Origin: an uncultured Eubacteriales bacterium
GTDB taxonomy: Bacteria; Bacillota; Clostridia; Oscillospirales; Acutalibacteraceae
DNA length: 32,000 nucleotides
Direction: 5' to 3'
Assembly: GCA_964566175.1 (NCBI GenBank)
Contig: CAZMHU010000012.1
Coordinates: 13,212-45,211, forward strand
The translations under genes and the position numbers were made by a program. Below the pieces are notes generated by a model. The model did not search any database. It had not been told where the DNA came from and saw only the letters and a list, made by a program, of their open reading frames with translations. Shown here in pieces: positions 25,201 to 32,000 of this stretch; the first letter of the stretch is position 1, and every line of letters begins with the position of its first letter.

Positions 25201-26847
25201 ATGACGGTTTATATTGCCGCAAAAGCAGTTTTTTTGATAATAATATGCGTGCTTGCCACGCTCAATACCACGCGCCAGTACCAAATGTTACAGCAAAATT
25301 CGTATTTTGCCTCGCGTTACTATGGCTGGCTCAAAGAAAACAGGCGTTTAATCGGTGTTAATGTTTTGTGCCTGTTGCTCGGTGCCATATGCGGAGCGTT
25401 TCTTTTCGGTCGAACACAACTTTGGGGACTTATCGACGATACGCCATTTGCCGAAAAAAACGTCGCACTTGTCTTTAATTTTGCGGGAGCGGTGCTTTTG
25501 GCGATATTCGCACTTGCGGCATACATAATGGCTGTGAGAGCGGTACGCCGAAACAAAAGTTCGATAAAGCCGCTTGTCGTGACGGCAAGAATAAAACGTA
25601 TGTACTGCGTGTCGGCATTTTTTGCCGTTGCGGCAGCCGCTCTTTCGTTTTTCTTTGACGGTGTAGCGGGTTTTGCCGCTTGGTGTGTGCTTGTGATTCT
25701 TTGCTTTGTGCCGTCGCTTAATGTGCTTTTGACGCTTTTTGTTACAAAACCGGCGGAAAAACTTATTGCCGCACATTATATAAACGATGCGAAAAAAATT
25801 CTTTCCGGTAACAAAAATATGACAACTCTCGGAATTACGGGAAGTTACGGAAAAACAAGCACAAAGTTTATAATAAAACGCATTTTGGACGAGGCATATA
25901 ATGTTGTTGCCACGCCGGGCAGTTTCAATACTCCTATGGGTGTTGTGCGAACCGTCAGGGAAAAACTGCGTCCCGAAACAAATATCTTTATTTGCGAAAT
26001 GGGCGCGAAAAAACGCGGCGATATTAAAGAAATATGCGACATTGCCAAACCGCAACTCGGAGTCATAACATCGGTCGGCCCGCAACACCTTGACACTTTC
26101 GGAAGTGTCGAAACGGTTGCCGATACGAAGTTTGAACTTGCCGATGCCGCAAGTGAAGTGTTTTTAAACTTTGATAACGAAATAATCAAAAATCGCGCGG
26201 ACGGATATAACCACACTTCCTATGGAACGACCCCCGACTGCGATGTCTATGCCGATAATATTTCATACGGAAGTTTCGGAGCGTCTTTTAACGTTATGTG
26301 CGACGGCGACTGTATTCCGCTTATTACAAAACTTCTCGGAAAACACAACGTGCTTAATATCACGGCAGGCGTTGCGGTTGCAAAGCGTCTCGGCATTGCC
26401 GATAACGCAATCGAATATGCCGTTTCGCGTCTAACACCAACAGCCCACAGGCTTGAACTGAAAAGTTTTATAAACGGTTCGTTGCTGATAGACGATGCTT
26501 ATAACGCAAACCCCGAGGGCTGTATTGAGGCGGTAAACGTTCTTGCGAGTTTTGAAAACAAGAAAAAAATTATTGTTACACCGGGTCTTGTCGAACTCGG
26601 CGAGCGGGAATATGAATGTAATTATAATTTGGGACTTGCGGCGGCAGAAAAATGCGATATAATTATACTTGTCGGAAAACAGCGCGCAGTACCTATGGCT
26701 AATGCGGCTTCGGACAGCGGCTTTGACAGTGAAAATCTTCACGTTGTTTCAAGTTTCACCGATGCTATGGCACTATTGCAAACACTGACAAACCCCGACA
26801 CAGTTACTCTTTTCGAGAACGACTTGCCCGATAATTATTTAAAATAG
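25201..26847 (+). CDS. murF: MurF-like Mur ligase (UDP-MurNAc-tripeptide--D-Ala-D-Ala ligase) with N-terminal ~190-aa polytopic membrane domain
   Basis: Five hydrophobic segments within residues ~5-185. These are followed by the GITGSYGKTSTK P-loop, EMGAKKRGDI, TSVGPQHLDTF, DDAYNANP and the C-terminal Mur ligase domain. The gene lies directly upstream of ddl. Confidence 0.7.
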   Translation: MTVYIAAKAVFLIIICVLATLNTTRQYQMLQQNSYFASRYYGWLKENRRLIGVNVLCLLLGAICGAFLFGRTQLWGLIDDTPFAEKNVALVFNFAGAVLLAIFALAAYIMAVRAVRRNKSSIKPLVVTARIKRMYCVSAFFAVAAAALSFFFDGVAGFAAWCVLVILCFVPSLNVLLTLFVTKPAEKLIAAHYINDAKKILSGNKNMTTLGITGSYGKTSTKFIIKRILDEAYNVVATPGSFNTPMGVVRTVREKLRPETNIFICEMGAKKRGDIKEICDIAKPQLGVITSVGPQHLDTFGSVETVADTKFELADAASEVFLNFDNEIIKNRADGYNHTSYGTTPDCDVYADNISYGSFGASFNVMCDGDCIPLITKLLGKHNVLNITAGVAVAKRLGIADNAIEYAVSRLTPTAHRLELKSFINGSLLIDDAYNANPEGCIEAVNVLASFENKKKIIVTPGLVELGEREYECNYNLGLAAAEKCDIIILVGKQRAVPMANAASDSGFDSENLHVVSSFTDAMALLQTLTNPDTVTLFENDLPDNYLK

Positions 26848-26870
26848 AAAATCCTTTGGAGGAATTTACA

Positions 26871-28067
26871 ATGCAGATAAATCTTGCTGTTTTTTTTGGA
26901 TGTTGCTCGGTTGAGCATGAGGTTTCGATTATTTCCGCCGTTCAGGCAATGCACAGTATAAACCGCGAAAAATATAATGTTATTCCCGTTTATGTGACCA
27001 AAAGCGGAGAAACATTTTCAGGCGACGCACTGTTTGATATAGCAGAGTATAAAAATTTGCCTGCTCTTATGAAGAAAATAAAAAGGGTTACTTTGAGTCG
27101 CGAGGGTGTTGACGTTGTTATGACGTATGACGGCGGTGTTTTCTCAAAACGCAAACAGAAAATCGATGTTGCTTTCCCGATAGTACACGGCACAAACTGT
27201 GAAGACGGAACAATACAGGGACTTTTCGAGTTTTTAAGACTGCCCTATGTCGGATGTGATATAATCTCGTCCGCCGTCGGAATGGATAAAGCCGTTTTCA
27301 AGGATGTTATGACCGCCGCGGGACTTCCCGTTTTGCCCTGCATTCGTTTTTATTCCAGAGAATATTTCGCACAGCGCGATAACATTTTAGACCGTATTGA
27401 AAAAGAAATCAGTATGCCGGTTATCGTAAAACCCGCAAACCTCGGTTCAAGTGTCGGTATAACAAAAGCGGGAAGTCGTGCGGAACTTGCCGATGCGATT
27501 GACTTGGCGTGTTCTTTTGCCGATAAGGTTTTGGTAGAACGCGCGGTAACAGAACTGCGTGAGATAAACTGTTCGGTGCTCGGCGATTATGACGAGTGCG
27601 AGGCGTCGGTTTGCGAAGAGCCGTTTATGCACGACGATATTCTTTCGTTTGAGGATAAATATATGGGCGGCGGTAAAAAGAGCGGAGCGTCAAAGGGTAT
27701 GTCGTCGCTCTCGCGTAAACTCCCTGCCGATTTGAGCGAAGAGAAATCAAACGAAATACGCGCGCTTGCAACAAAAGCCTTCAAGGCGATCGGCGGTTGC
27801 GGAATAACACGTATTGATTTTATTATCGATACCGCTGATGGCGATAAAGTATATATCAATGAGCCCAATACAATCCCCGGTTCGCTCGCTTTTTACCTTT
27901 GGGAAGAAAGCGGAATTAAATATACGGAACTGCTTGACCGTGCGGTTGACCTTGCTTTCAAGCGTCAGCGCAAACGCGAAACGCTCAACTTTACGTTTGA
28001 GTCGAATATACTCTCGGGCGTAGGCGATTTGACGGGAGCAAAGGGCGCTAAAGGTGCTAAGGGTTAA
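26871..28067 (+). CDS. ddl: D-alanine--D-alanine ligase
   Basis: Motifs FGCCSVEHEVSIISA, HGTNCEDGTIQG, and in the ATP-grasp region VIVKPANLGSSVGI and EPNTIPG. The start is ATG 26871 (RBS GGAGG); the TTG 26856 extension in the ORF track covers the RBS. The protein ends in a GAKGAKGAKG tail. Confidence 0.9.
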   Translation: MQINLAVFFGCCSVEHEVSIISAVQAMHSINREKYNVIPVYVTKSGETFSGDALFDIAEYKNLPALMKKIKRVTLSREGVDVVMTYDGGVFSKRKQKIDVAFPIVHGTNCEDGTIQGLFEFLRLPYVGCDIISSAVGMDKAVFKDVMTAAGLPVLPCIRFYSREYFAQRDNILDRIEKEISMPVIVKPANLGSSVGITKAGSRAELADAIDLACSFADKVLVERAVTELREINCSVLGDYDECEASVCEEPFMHDDILSFEDKYMGGGKKSGASKGMSSLSRKLPADLSEEKSNEIRALATKAFKAIGGCGITRIDFIIDTADGDKVYINEPNTIPGSLAFYLWEESGIKYTELLDRAVDLAFKRQRKRETLNFTFESNILSGVGDLTGAKGAKGAKG

Positions 28068-28069
28068 TT

Positions 28070-29254
28070 ATGAGCAGTTTACTTATACGTCTTTTTGTAA
28101 AAAATCATACCGATACGGAAAATCCGAAAGTCCGTGAGAATTACGGTGTGTTTTGCGGAATTGTCGGAATTGTCTGCAACCTCATTCTTTGCGCCGTAAA
28201 GATTGTTGTCGGAACGGTTTTCGGCAGTATATCAATCCTTGCCGACGGTTTTAACAATCTTTCGGATATGGGTTCGTCGGTAATATCAATGGTTGGTTTT
28301 CGCCTTGCGGGAAAGCCCGCCGACCGTGACCACCCTTTCGGACACGGCAGAATGGAATATATGTCGGCGTTTATCGTTGCCGTGCTTATTGTTATAGTCG
28401 GATTTGAACTTTTGACCGACTCGGCGAGTGCGCTTATAAACAGCGATGCCGCACCGCAATATTCGACTGTTGCGATTGTCGTGCTTGCGGTTTCGGTGCT
28501 TTTCAAACTTTGGATGTTTGCCTTTAACCGCTATGCGGGAAAGAAAATCAAATCACAGGTGCTCCTTGCAACGGCACAGGACTGCATAAACGATGTTGTT
28601 GCCACGGCGGTAATATTGGTTTCGGTTGTGATAAGTATGCTCTTCTCACTGCCATTCAATCTCGACGCCGTTATGGGCTTTTGCGTTGCCGTGTTTATTC
28701 TCTATTCGGGAATTTCCTCCGGCAAGCAAACGCTTGACGAAATCTTGGGTCAGCCCGCACCGTCCGAACTTGTGGACGAGATGCAAAAAATAATAATGTC
28801 ATTTGACGGATTTTTGGGTATACACGACCTTATAATTCACAACTACGGCCCCGGAAGACAGTTTGCTTCTGCACACGTCGAAGTGGCATACGGAAGTGAT
28901 ATTGTGCGCTGTCACGAACAGATTGACCTTTGCGAAAAGGTCGTGCTTGAGCGTTTGGACATATCGCTTGTAATACATATGGACCCGATTGACGTTGAAA
29001 ATGATTATGTTATGGGTGTGCGCTCGAAAATCGAGAGTGCGGTAAAAGATGTTGATAAAAACCTTTCAATCCACGATTTTCGTATGACCCCGAGGGGCGA
29101 TGAGCGCACAAATCTTATTTTTGATGTCGTTGTGCCGTCTTCGGCTTCGGAAAGCGAAAACGATATTTTGAAAAAAATCGAAGAAAAGGCGAGAGAAATC
29201 GACAGCACGTTTTGCTGTGTGATAACCTTTGACAGTGATTTTACGGGACGATAA
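28070..29254 (+). CDS. cation diffusion facilitator (CDF) family transporter
   Basis: 394 aa with six TM segments, ADGFNNLSDMGSS, DHPFGHGRMEY and a C-terminal cytoplasmic CDF dimerisation domain. Confidence 0.85.
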   Translation: MSSLLIRLFVKNHTDTENPKVRENYGVFCGIVGIVCNLILCAVKIVVGTVFGSISILADGFNNLSDMGSSVISMVGFRLAGKPADRDHPFGHGRMEYMSAFIVAVLIVIVGFELLTDSASALINSDAAPQYSTVAIVVLAVSVLFKLWMFAFNRYAGKKIKSQVLLATAQDCINDVVATAVILVSVVISMLFSLPFNLDAVMGFCVAVFILYSGISSGKQTLDEILGQPAPSELVDEMQKIIMSFDGFLGIHDLIIHNYGPGRQFASAHVEVAYGSDIVRCHEQIDLCEKVVLERLDISLVIHMDPIDVENDYVMGVRSKIESAVKDVDKNLSIHDFRMTPRGDERTNLIFDVVVPSSASESENDILKKIEEKAREIDSTFCCVITFDSDFTGR

Positions 29255-29473
29255 AAACAAAAAGCGTGGACTATCCCGCTGTTATGAGCAAGAAAAATTC
29301 GCCGTTATCGTCAAAAATGATGTGTCTTGCATGAAAACGCGCCGAAAACACGCGAAAACGCTTCATTCTACTGGATTTACGCGCAAAAATACAGCGCTTC
29401 ACAACAAAAACAATGATGTTTTGAGTGAAAATGCAGAAAAACAAAGTTTTTTGCACGTTTTTTGCCGAAACTA

Positions 29474-29503
29474 TTGACTTTATAATATATATATATATAT
29501 AAT
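29474..29503 (+). promoter_or_regulatory. promoter of the surface-protein gene with TA-repeat spacer
   Basis: TTGACT (29474-29479), 18-nt spacer, TATAAT (29498-29503). Most of the spacer, and part of the -10, is the TA tract. Confidence 0.5.
29486..29501. repeat. (TA)8 dinucleotide microsatellite
   Basis: Read directly: tatatatatatatata at 29486-29501, preceded by TATA at 29481-29484. Confidence 0.95.
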
Positions 29504-29561
29504 TGTATTGTGAATTGCGGTTAATAATTTAATACAGATTACATAAGCGAGGTAAAAGATT

Positions 29562-30941
29562 ATGAAAAAATGGATAGCATTTCTATTAACATTAGTATGT
29601 CTAATGACAACAAGTGTACCAGTATTTGCCGTTAACGAAGTAGATGTGTTCTTTGATGGTAATGGCGGAACATTTAATTATTTTATGGACCAAGTTAGAA
29701 ACGAGGATTTTTTTGGAGATTTAGCAGAGCCAGGAACTAAAATAAGCGATAAGCCAAACGCAGCATTGACAGACCCGGTATTTTGGGATTCTTCAAGAGC
29801 ATTTTTAGGATGGATGCCTTATGAATTAAAGATGGCAGCACCACCAGCACCTATTGAAATGATTCCGTTAGCAACAGAACCGATTACATCACAGCAAGCA
29901 TTAGATTATGTGATTCCAAATTGCACAATTCAATTTGTTGCACAGTGGGCAGGTGATGATTCAGAATATTTTAGTGAAGTGACGATTCATGGATTTGGTG
30001 TAGAAGTAACATATTCAGATTTGATTGGTACACCAGAGGGAATGATACGACAAGATAGTACAGCCGAGGAAAGATGGAATTATTTAAAAGAGTCCACGGA
30101 TTCTATTAAGGTTCAAGTATCAAATGACTATGAAATTAAGGGTAGCCCTACAAAAGAAAATGCAACTTTTGAGGGCTGGTTAGAATTTTCAGTAGAAACA
30201 GCCGCAGATGGTACTAAGAAATATGAATTGATTTCAGATTCACTTATGACAACAGATGAAATGATGGCAAAAACAGTTCCATCTTATGATGTTGTTTTTG
30301 TTGCAAAATGGTCTGATATAGAAATGCAGGAATACTATGAGTATTTTGACATTGAAGTAGAAGAAGCGAAAGAAGAACAGCGTGTTGAAATAAGTAATGG
30401 TTTGCAGGAAGTTCCAAACGGTGTAGCAGATAAATACACATCCACAACAGATATTGAAAGCGCACTTGCCAAAAAGGCATTAAGCGCAAATGAAGATTTT
30501 GATGTAGATAAAGTAAATAGTGTTTTGATGGATGTAGAATTGCAGTTCAAAAATGCAAGTGGCGAATGGGAAACAGTAACTGATGATAATTTCCCGGCAG
30601 AGGGAGTGGAAACAGTTCTCCCATATCCAGAGGGAACAAATAAGGAAGATTTTGATTTCATTATTGCGCACATGATTTCCGAAGGAGATAAAGCAGGAGA
30701 AATTGAAATTTTAAATGGTGTTTTAGAAGATGATGGTATTCATGTGAAATTCACAAGTATGTCGCCAGTAATGATAATGTATCAAGCAAAGAAGACAAGT
30801 GATACACCGACAAATACACCGACAGATGTTACATCTCCTAAGACAGGCGATACAAGTAATATTTGGCTTATGTTTGCAACACTTTTAATTAGCGGTAGTG
30901 CGTTGATTGTTTTGGTAATGAAAAGAAAATCTATGATTTAA
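29562..30941 (+). CDS. SPKTG-anchored cell-surface protein with Listeria-Bacteroides (Flg_new-like) repeats
   Basis: 459 aa. Signal peptide MKKWIAFLLTLVCLMTTSVPVFA. VDVFFDGNGGTF...FLGW and ATFEGW are repeat hallmarks. The C-terminus has a Thr/Pro linker, SPKTG, a hydrophobic helix and a KRKSMI tail. Codon usage is visibly AT-richer than in neighbouring genes. Confidence 0.75.
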   Translation: MKKWIAFLLTLVCLMTTSVPVFAVNEVDVFFDGNGGTFNYFMDQVRNEDFFGDLAEPGTKISDKPNAALTDPVFWDSSRAFLGWMPYELKMAAPPAPIEMIPLATEPITSQQALDYVIPNCTIQFVAQWAGDDSEYFSEVTIHGFGVEVTYSDLIGTPEGMIRQDSTAEERWNYLKESTDSIKVQVSNDYEIKGSPTKENATFEGWLEFSVETAADGTKKYELISDSLMTTDEMMAKTVPSYDVVFVAKWSDIEMQEYYEYFDIEVEEAKEEQRVEISNGLQEVPNGVADKYTSTTDIESALAKKALSANEDFDVDKVNSVLMDVELQFKNASGEWETVTDDNFPAEGVETVLPYPEGTNKEDFDFIIAHMISEGDKAGEIEILNGVLEDDGIHVKFTSMSPVMIMYQAKKTSDTPTNTPTDVTSPKTGDTSNIWLMFATLLISGSALIVLVMKRKSMI

Positions 30942-30949
30942 GACAGATG

Positions 30950-30971
30950 GCGCGGGGCGCAAGTCCCGCGC
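30950..30971 (+). terminator. GC-rich hairpin after the surface-protein gene
   Basis: GCGCGGG (30950-30956) pairs with CCCGCGC (30965-30971). The downstream tract is CT-rich rather than a clean T-run. Confidence 0.4.
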
Positions 30972-31098
30972 TACTCTTTTCTCTCTCTTGGTATTTCATT
31001 AGGGTATACCCCATTGACAAAGAAAAACGAGCCGCTTTTGTGTGTCACAAGACTTGTTTTGCTGTTTATGAAATATTTCAAAATACAATATAACCCTA

Positions 31099-31127
31099 TT
31101 GACATACTTTTGGTTTTGTGGTAGAAT
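31099..31127 (+). promoter_or_regulatory. promoter of the serine recombinase gene
   Basis: TTGACA (31099-31104), 17-nt spacer, TAGAAT (31122-31127), with TG at 31119-31120 (extended -10). Confidence 0.6.
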
Positions 31128-31157
31128 AATTACAGAAACGAAAGAGAGGGAATATCA

Positions 31158-31718
31158 ATGAGAGTTGGTTATGTAAGATGTTCGACAATCGAACAGAATG
31201 AAGCAAGACAGTTAAAGATGATGGAAGAACAGAACGCCGAAAAAATCTTTACTGACAAGGCGAGCGGCAAGAATACAGACCGCGCCGCGTTCAAAGAAAT
31301 GATGGCTTTTGTTCGCGCAGGGGATATTGTGATTGTAGAAAGCATTTCCCGAATTGCGAGAAACACACGCGACTTGCTGACGATTGTTTCCGAACTGACA
31401 GAAAAGGGTGTTGAGTTTGTAAGCCTTAAAGAGAATATCGACACCACTACCCCACAAGGCAGATTTATGCTGACAGTTTTCGGCGCACTTGCAGAACTGG
31501 AACGCGAGAACATTTTGGAAAGACAGCGCGAGGGAATTGAGATTGCAAAGACCGAGGGCAAGTACAAAGGACGCAAGCCAGTTGATATTGACGAGGAACA
31601 GTTTAAGTCAGTATGCAAGCGTTGGAGAGCGGGCGAAATCACAGCAACCGCAGCCATGAATGAGGTAGGTTTGAAACCGAATACATTCTATCGGCGCGTA
31701 AAAGAAATGAGCCTGTAA
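31158..31718 (+). CDS. small serine recombinase (resolvase/invertase family)
   Basis: 186 aa with MRVGYVRCSTIEQ (catalytic Ser), VESISRIARN, GRFMLTVFGALAELERE and a C-terminal HTH. RBS AGAGAGGGAA. Confidence 0.9.
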   Translation: MRVGYVRCSTIEQNEARQLKMMEEQNAEKIFTDKASGKNTDRAAFKEMMAFVRAGDIVIVESISRIARNTRDLLTIVSELTEKGVEFVSLKENIDTTTPQGRFMLTVFGALAELERENILERQREGIEIAKTEGKYKGRKPVDIDEEQFKSVCKRWRAGEITATAAMNEVGLKPNTFYRRVKEMSL

Positions 31719-31842
31719 CAGCGGCTCACTAACAAATTAAGAGCAAGGCGCACACGCGCCACTCAAAATATTTCCACTTTTTCAAAATCCACTTTTGCTA
31801 CTCTTGGAGAGGGCGGCGGGCGCAGTTTCCACCCTCTTTCCA

Positions 31843-31878
31843 CCAAAAAAGAGGGCAGGACATTCATCCCACCCTCTT
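31843..31878 (-). terminator. intrinsic terminator of the rubrerythrin-like gene
   Basis: Minus strand reads AAGAGGG-16 nt-CCCTCTT followed by TTTTGG. The stems lie at 31872-31878 and 31849-31855. Confidence 0.6.
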
Positions 31879-31892
31879 GGAAGTGCTTTATA

Positions 31893-32000
31893 TTAGCCGA
31901 AATAACGCTTCAGCAGACCTTCAAATGCTTTGCCGTGTCTTGCTTCATCACGTGCCATTTCATCGAATGCTCCACTTCGTTTCGCATTCGCAAAAGCACG
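31893..32000 (-). CDS. rubrerythrin/ferritin-like domain protein, C-terminal 35 codons (5' part outside window)
   Basis: The minus-strand frame gives AFANAKRSGAFDEMARDEARHGKAFEGLLKRYFG*. The ExxH-containing helix resembles the second diiron helix of rubrerythrin-family proteins. The fragment is too short for a firm call. Confidence 0.35.
   Translation of the reverse strand, partial: RAFANAKRSGAFDEMARDEARHGKAFEGLLKRYFG

Noticed and set aside
65-26088. Long antisense or alternate-frame ORFs in the six-frame track. Examples: 65-523 (-), 2043-2633 (+), 4385-4909 (+), 7932-8447 (+), 14026-14586 (-), 25348-26088 (-), 31169-31657 (-).
   Set aside because: Each lies entirely inside a gene on the other strand or frame that has clear family motifs. 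Their translations are low-complexity or Arg/Cys/Lys-rich with no motifs and no RBS. They are typical shadow ORFs.
21559-26870. N-terminal extensions in the ORF track that use TTG/GTG starts: 21559, 23015, 24292, 26856.
   Set aside because: In each case the extension runs through the Shine-Dalgarno sequence of a downstream ATG, and that ATG gives a canonical N-terminus (MRKIDCHCHI, MNKELL, MKKILALV, MQINLAVFFG). The shorter coordinates were used.
28036-28067. C-terminal GAKGAKGAKG tail of Ddl, as a possible tandem-repeat or slippage artefact or a functional tag.
   Set aside because: It is only three 9-nt units with synonymous variation (gcaaagggc / gctaaaggt / gctaagggt). It is in frame and ends in a normal stop. 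It looks like a short flexible tail, with nothing testable from sequence alone.
29229-29477. ORFs 29229-29477 (+, 82 aa) and 29271-29456 (-, 61 aa) in the CDF / surface-protein intergenic region.
   Set aside because: Their translations are Lys/Arg/Asn-rich and low-complexity. Neither has an RBS. The plus-strand ORF overlaps the 3' end of the CDF gene in another frame. The region is more consistent with non-coding island-boundary or promoter sequence.
29470-31157. Invertible-promoter (Hin/Gin-style) switch controlling the surface protein through the adjacent serine recombinase.
   Set aside because: I looked for inverted repeats flanking the promoter or the gene and found only direct-orientation copies of C(T/C)ATTGAC. 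With no convincing inverted repeat pair, DNA inversion is unsupported by the sequence. This is recorded only as a low-interest repeat observation.
1-32000. CRISPR arrays, rRNA genes, IS/transposase genes, integrases, and toxin-antitoxin pairs other than the Fic remnant.
   Set aside because: No regularly spaced direct repeats, no rRNA-like sequence and no transposase or tyrosine-integrase motifs were seen in any frame. The only recombinase is the small serine recombinase at 31158-31718.

Overview
This 32-kb chromosomal window has Clostridia-type gene content, which is an inference from the gene set and motifs, not from any search. Four blocks stand out.

(1) 729-10160, minus strand: a tightly packed, translationally coupled nine-gene aromatic amino acid operon. 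Gene order is aminotransferase, pheA, aroB, aroC, aroE-aroK fusion, aroQ, aroA, tyrA, DAHP synthase. It is preceded by a sigma-A-type promoter and a ~200-nt leader. The leader holds an unannotated 23-codon Phe/Tyr-rich leader peptide and an intrinsic terminator, which looks like a ribosome-mediated attenuator. This is the best-supported unusual signal in the window.

(2) 10200-13060: a small accessory islet wedged between that promoter and a tRNA-Ser(CGA) gene. It holds a Fic-domain remnant, a DUF2075-like PD-(D/E)xK nuclease/P-loop ATPase, and a convergent C5-cytosine methyltransferase. The 3' ends of the last two overlap by 67 nt, and both seem to lack conserved C-terminal modules. This reads as a decayed or unusual restriction/defence-like pair.

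(3) 13300-29250: mostly housekeeping and envelope genes.
- comM/yifB, a YbaK/ProX-like editing domain, tRNA-Ala(CGC) and pgeF.
- A VTC-like polyphosphate polymerase / DUF4956 / beta-helix lipoprotein operon.
- An amidohydrolase paired with a PnuC-like transporter.
- A sortase locus whose substrate carries a non-canonical sorting signal.
- An alpha/beta hydrolase, a membrane-anchored MurF-like ligase, ddl and a CDF transporter.

(4) 29260 to the window end: a visibly AT-richer segment. It encodes an SPKTG-sorted surface protein whose promoter spacer contains a (TA)8 tract, followed by a small serine recombinase and the 3' end of a rubrerythrin-like gene.

No rRNA genes, CRISPR arrays or transposase genes were seen. 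All calls come from manual reading of the sequence and the ORF track; no database search or folding program was run.
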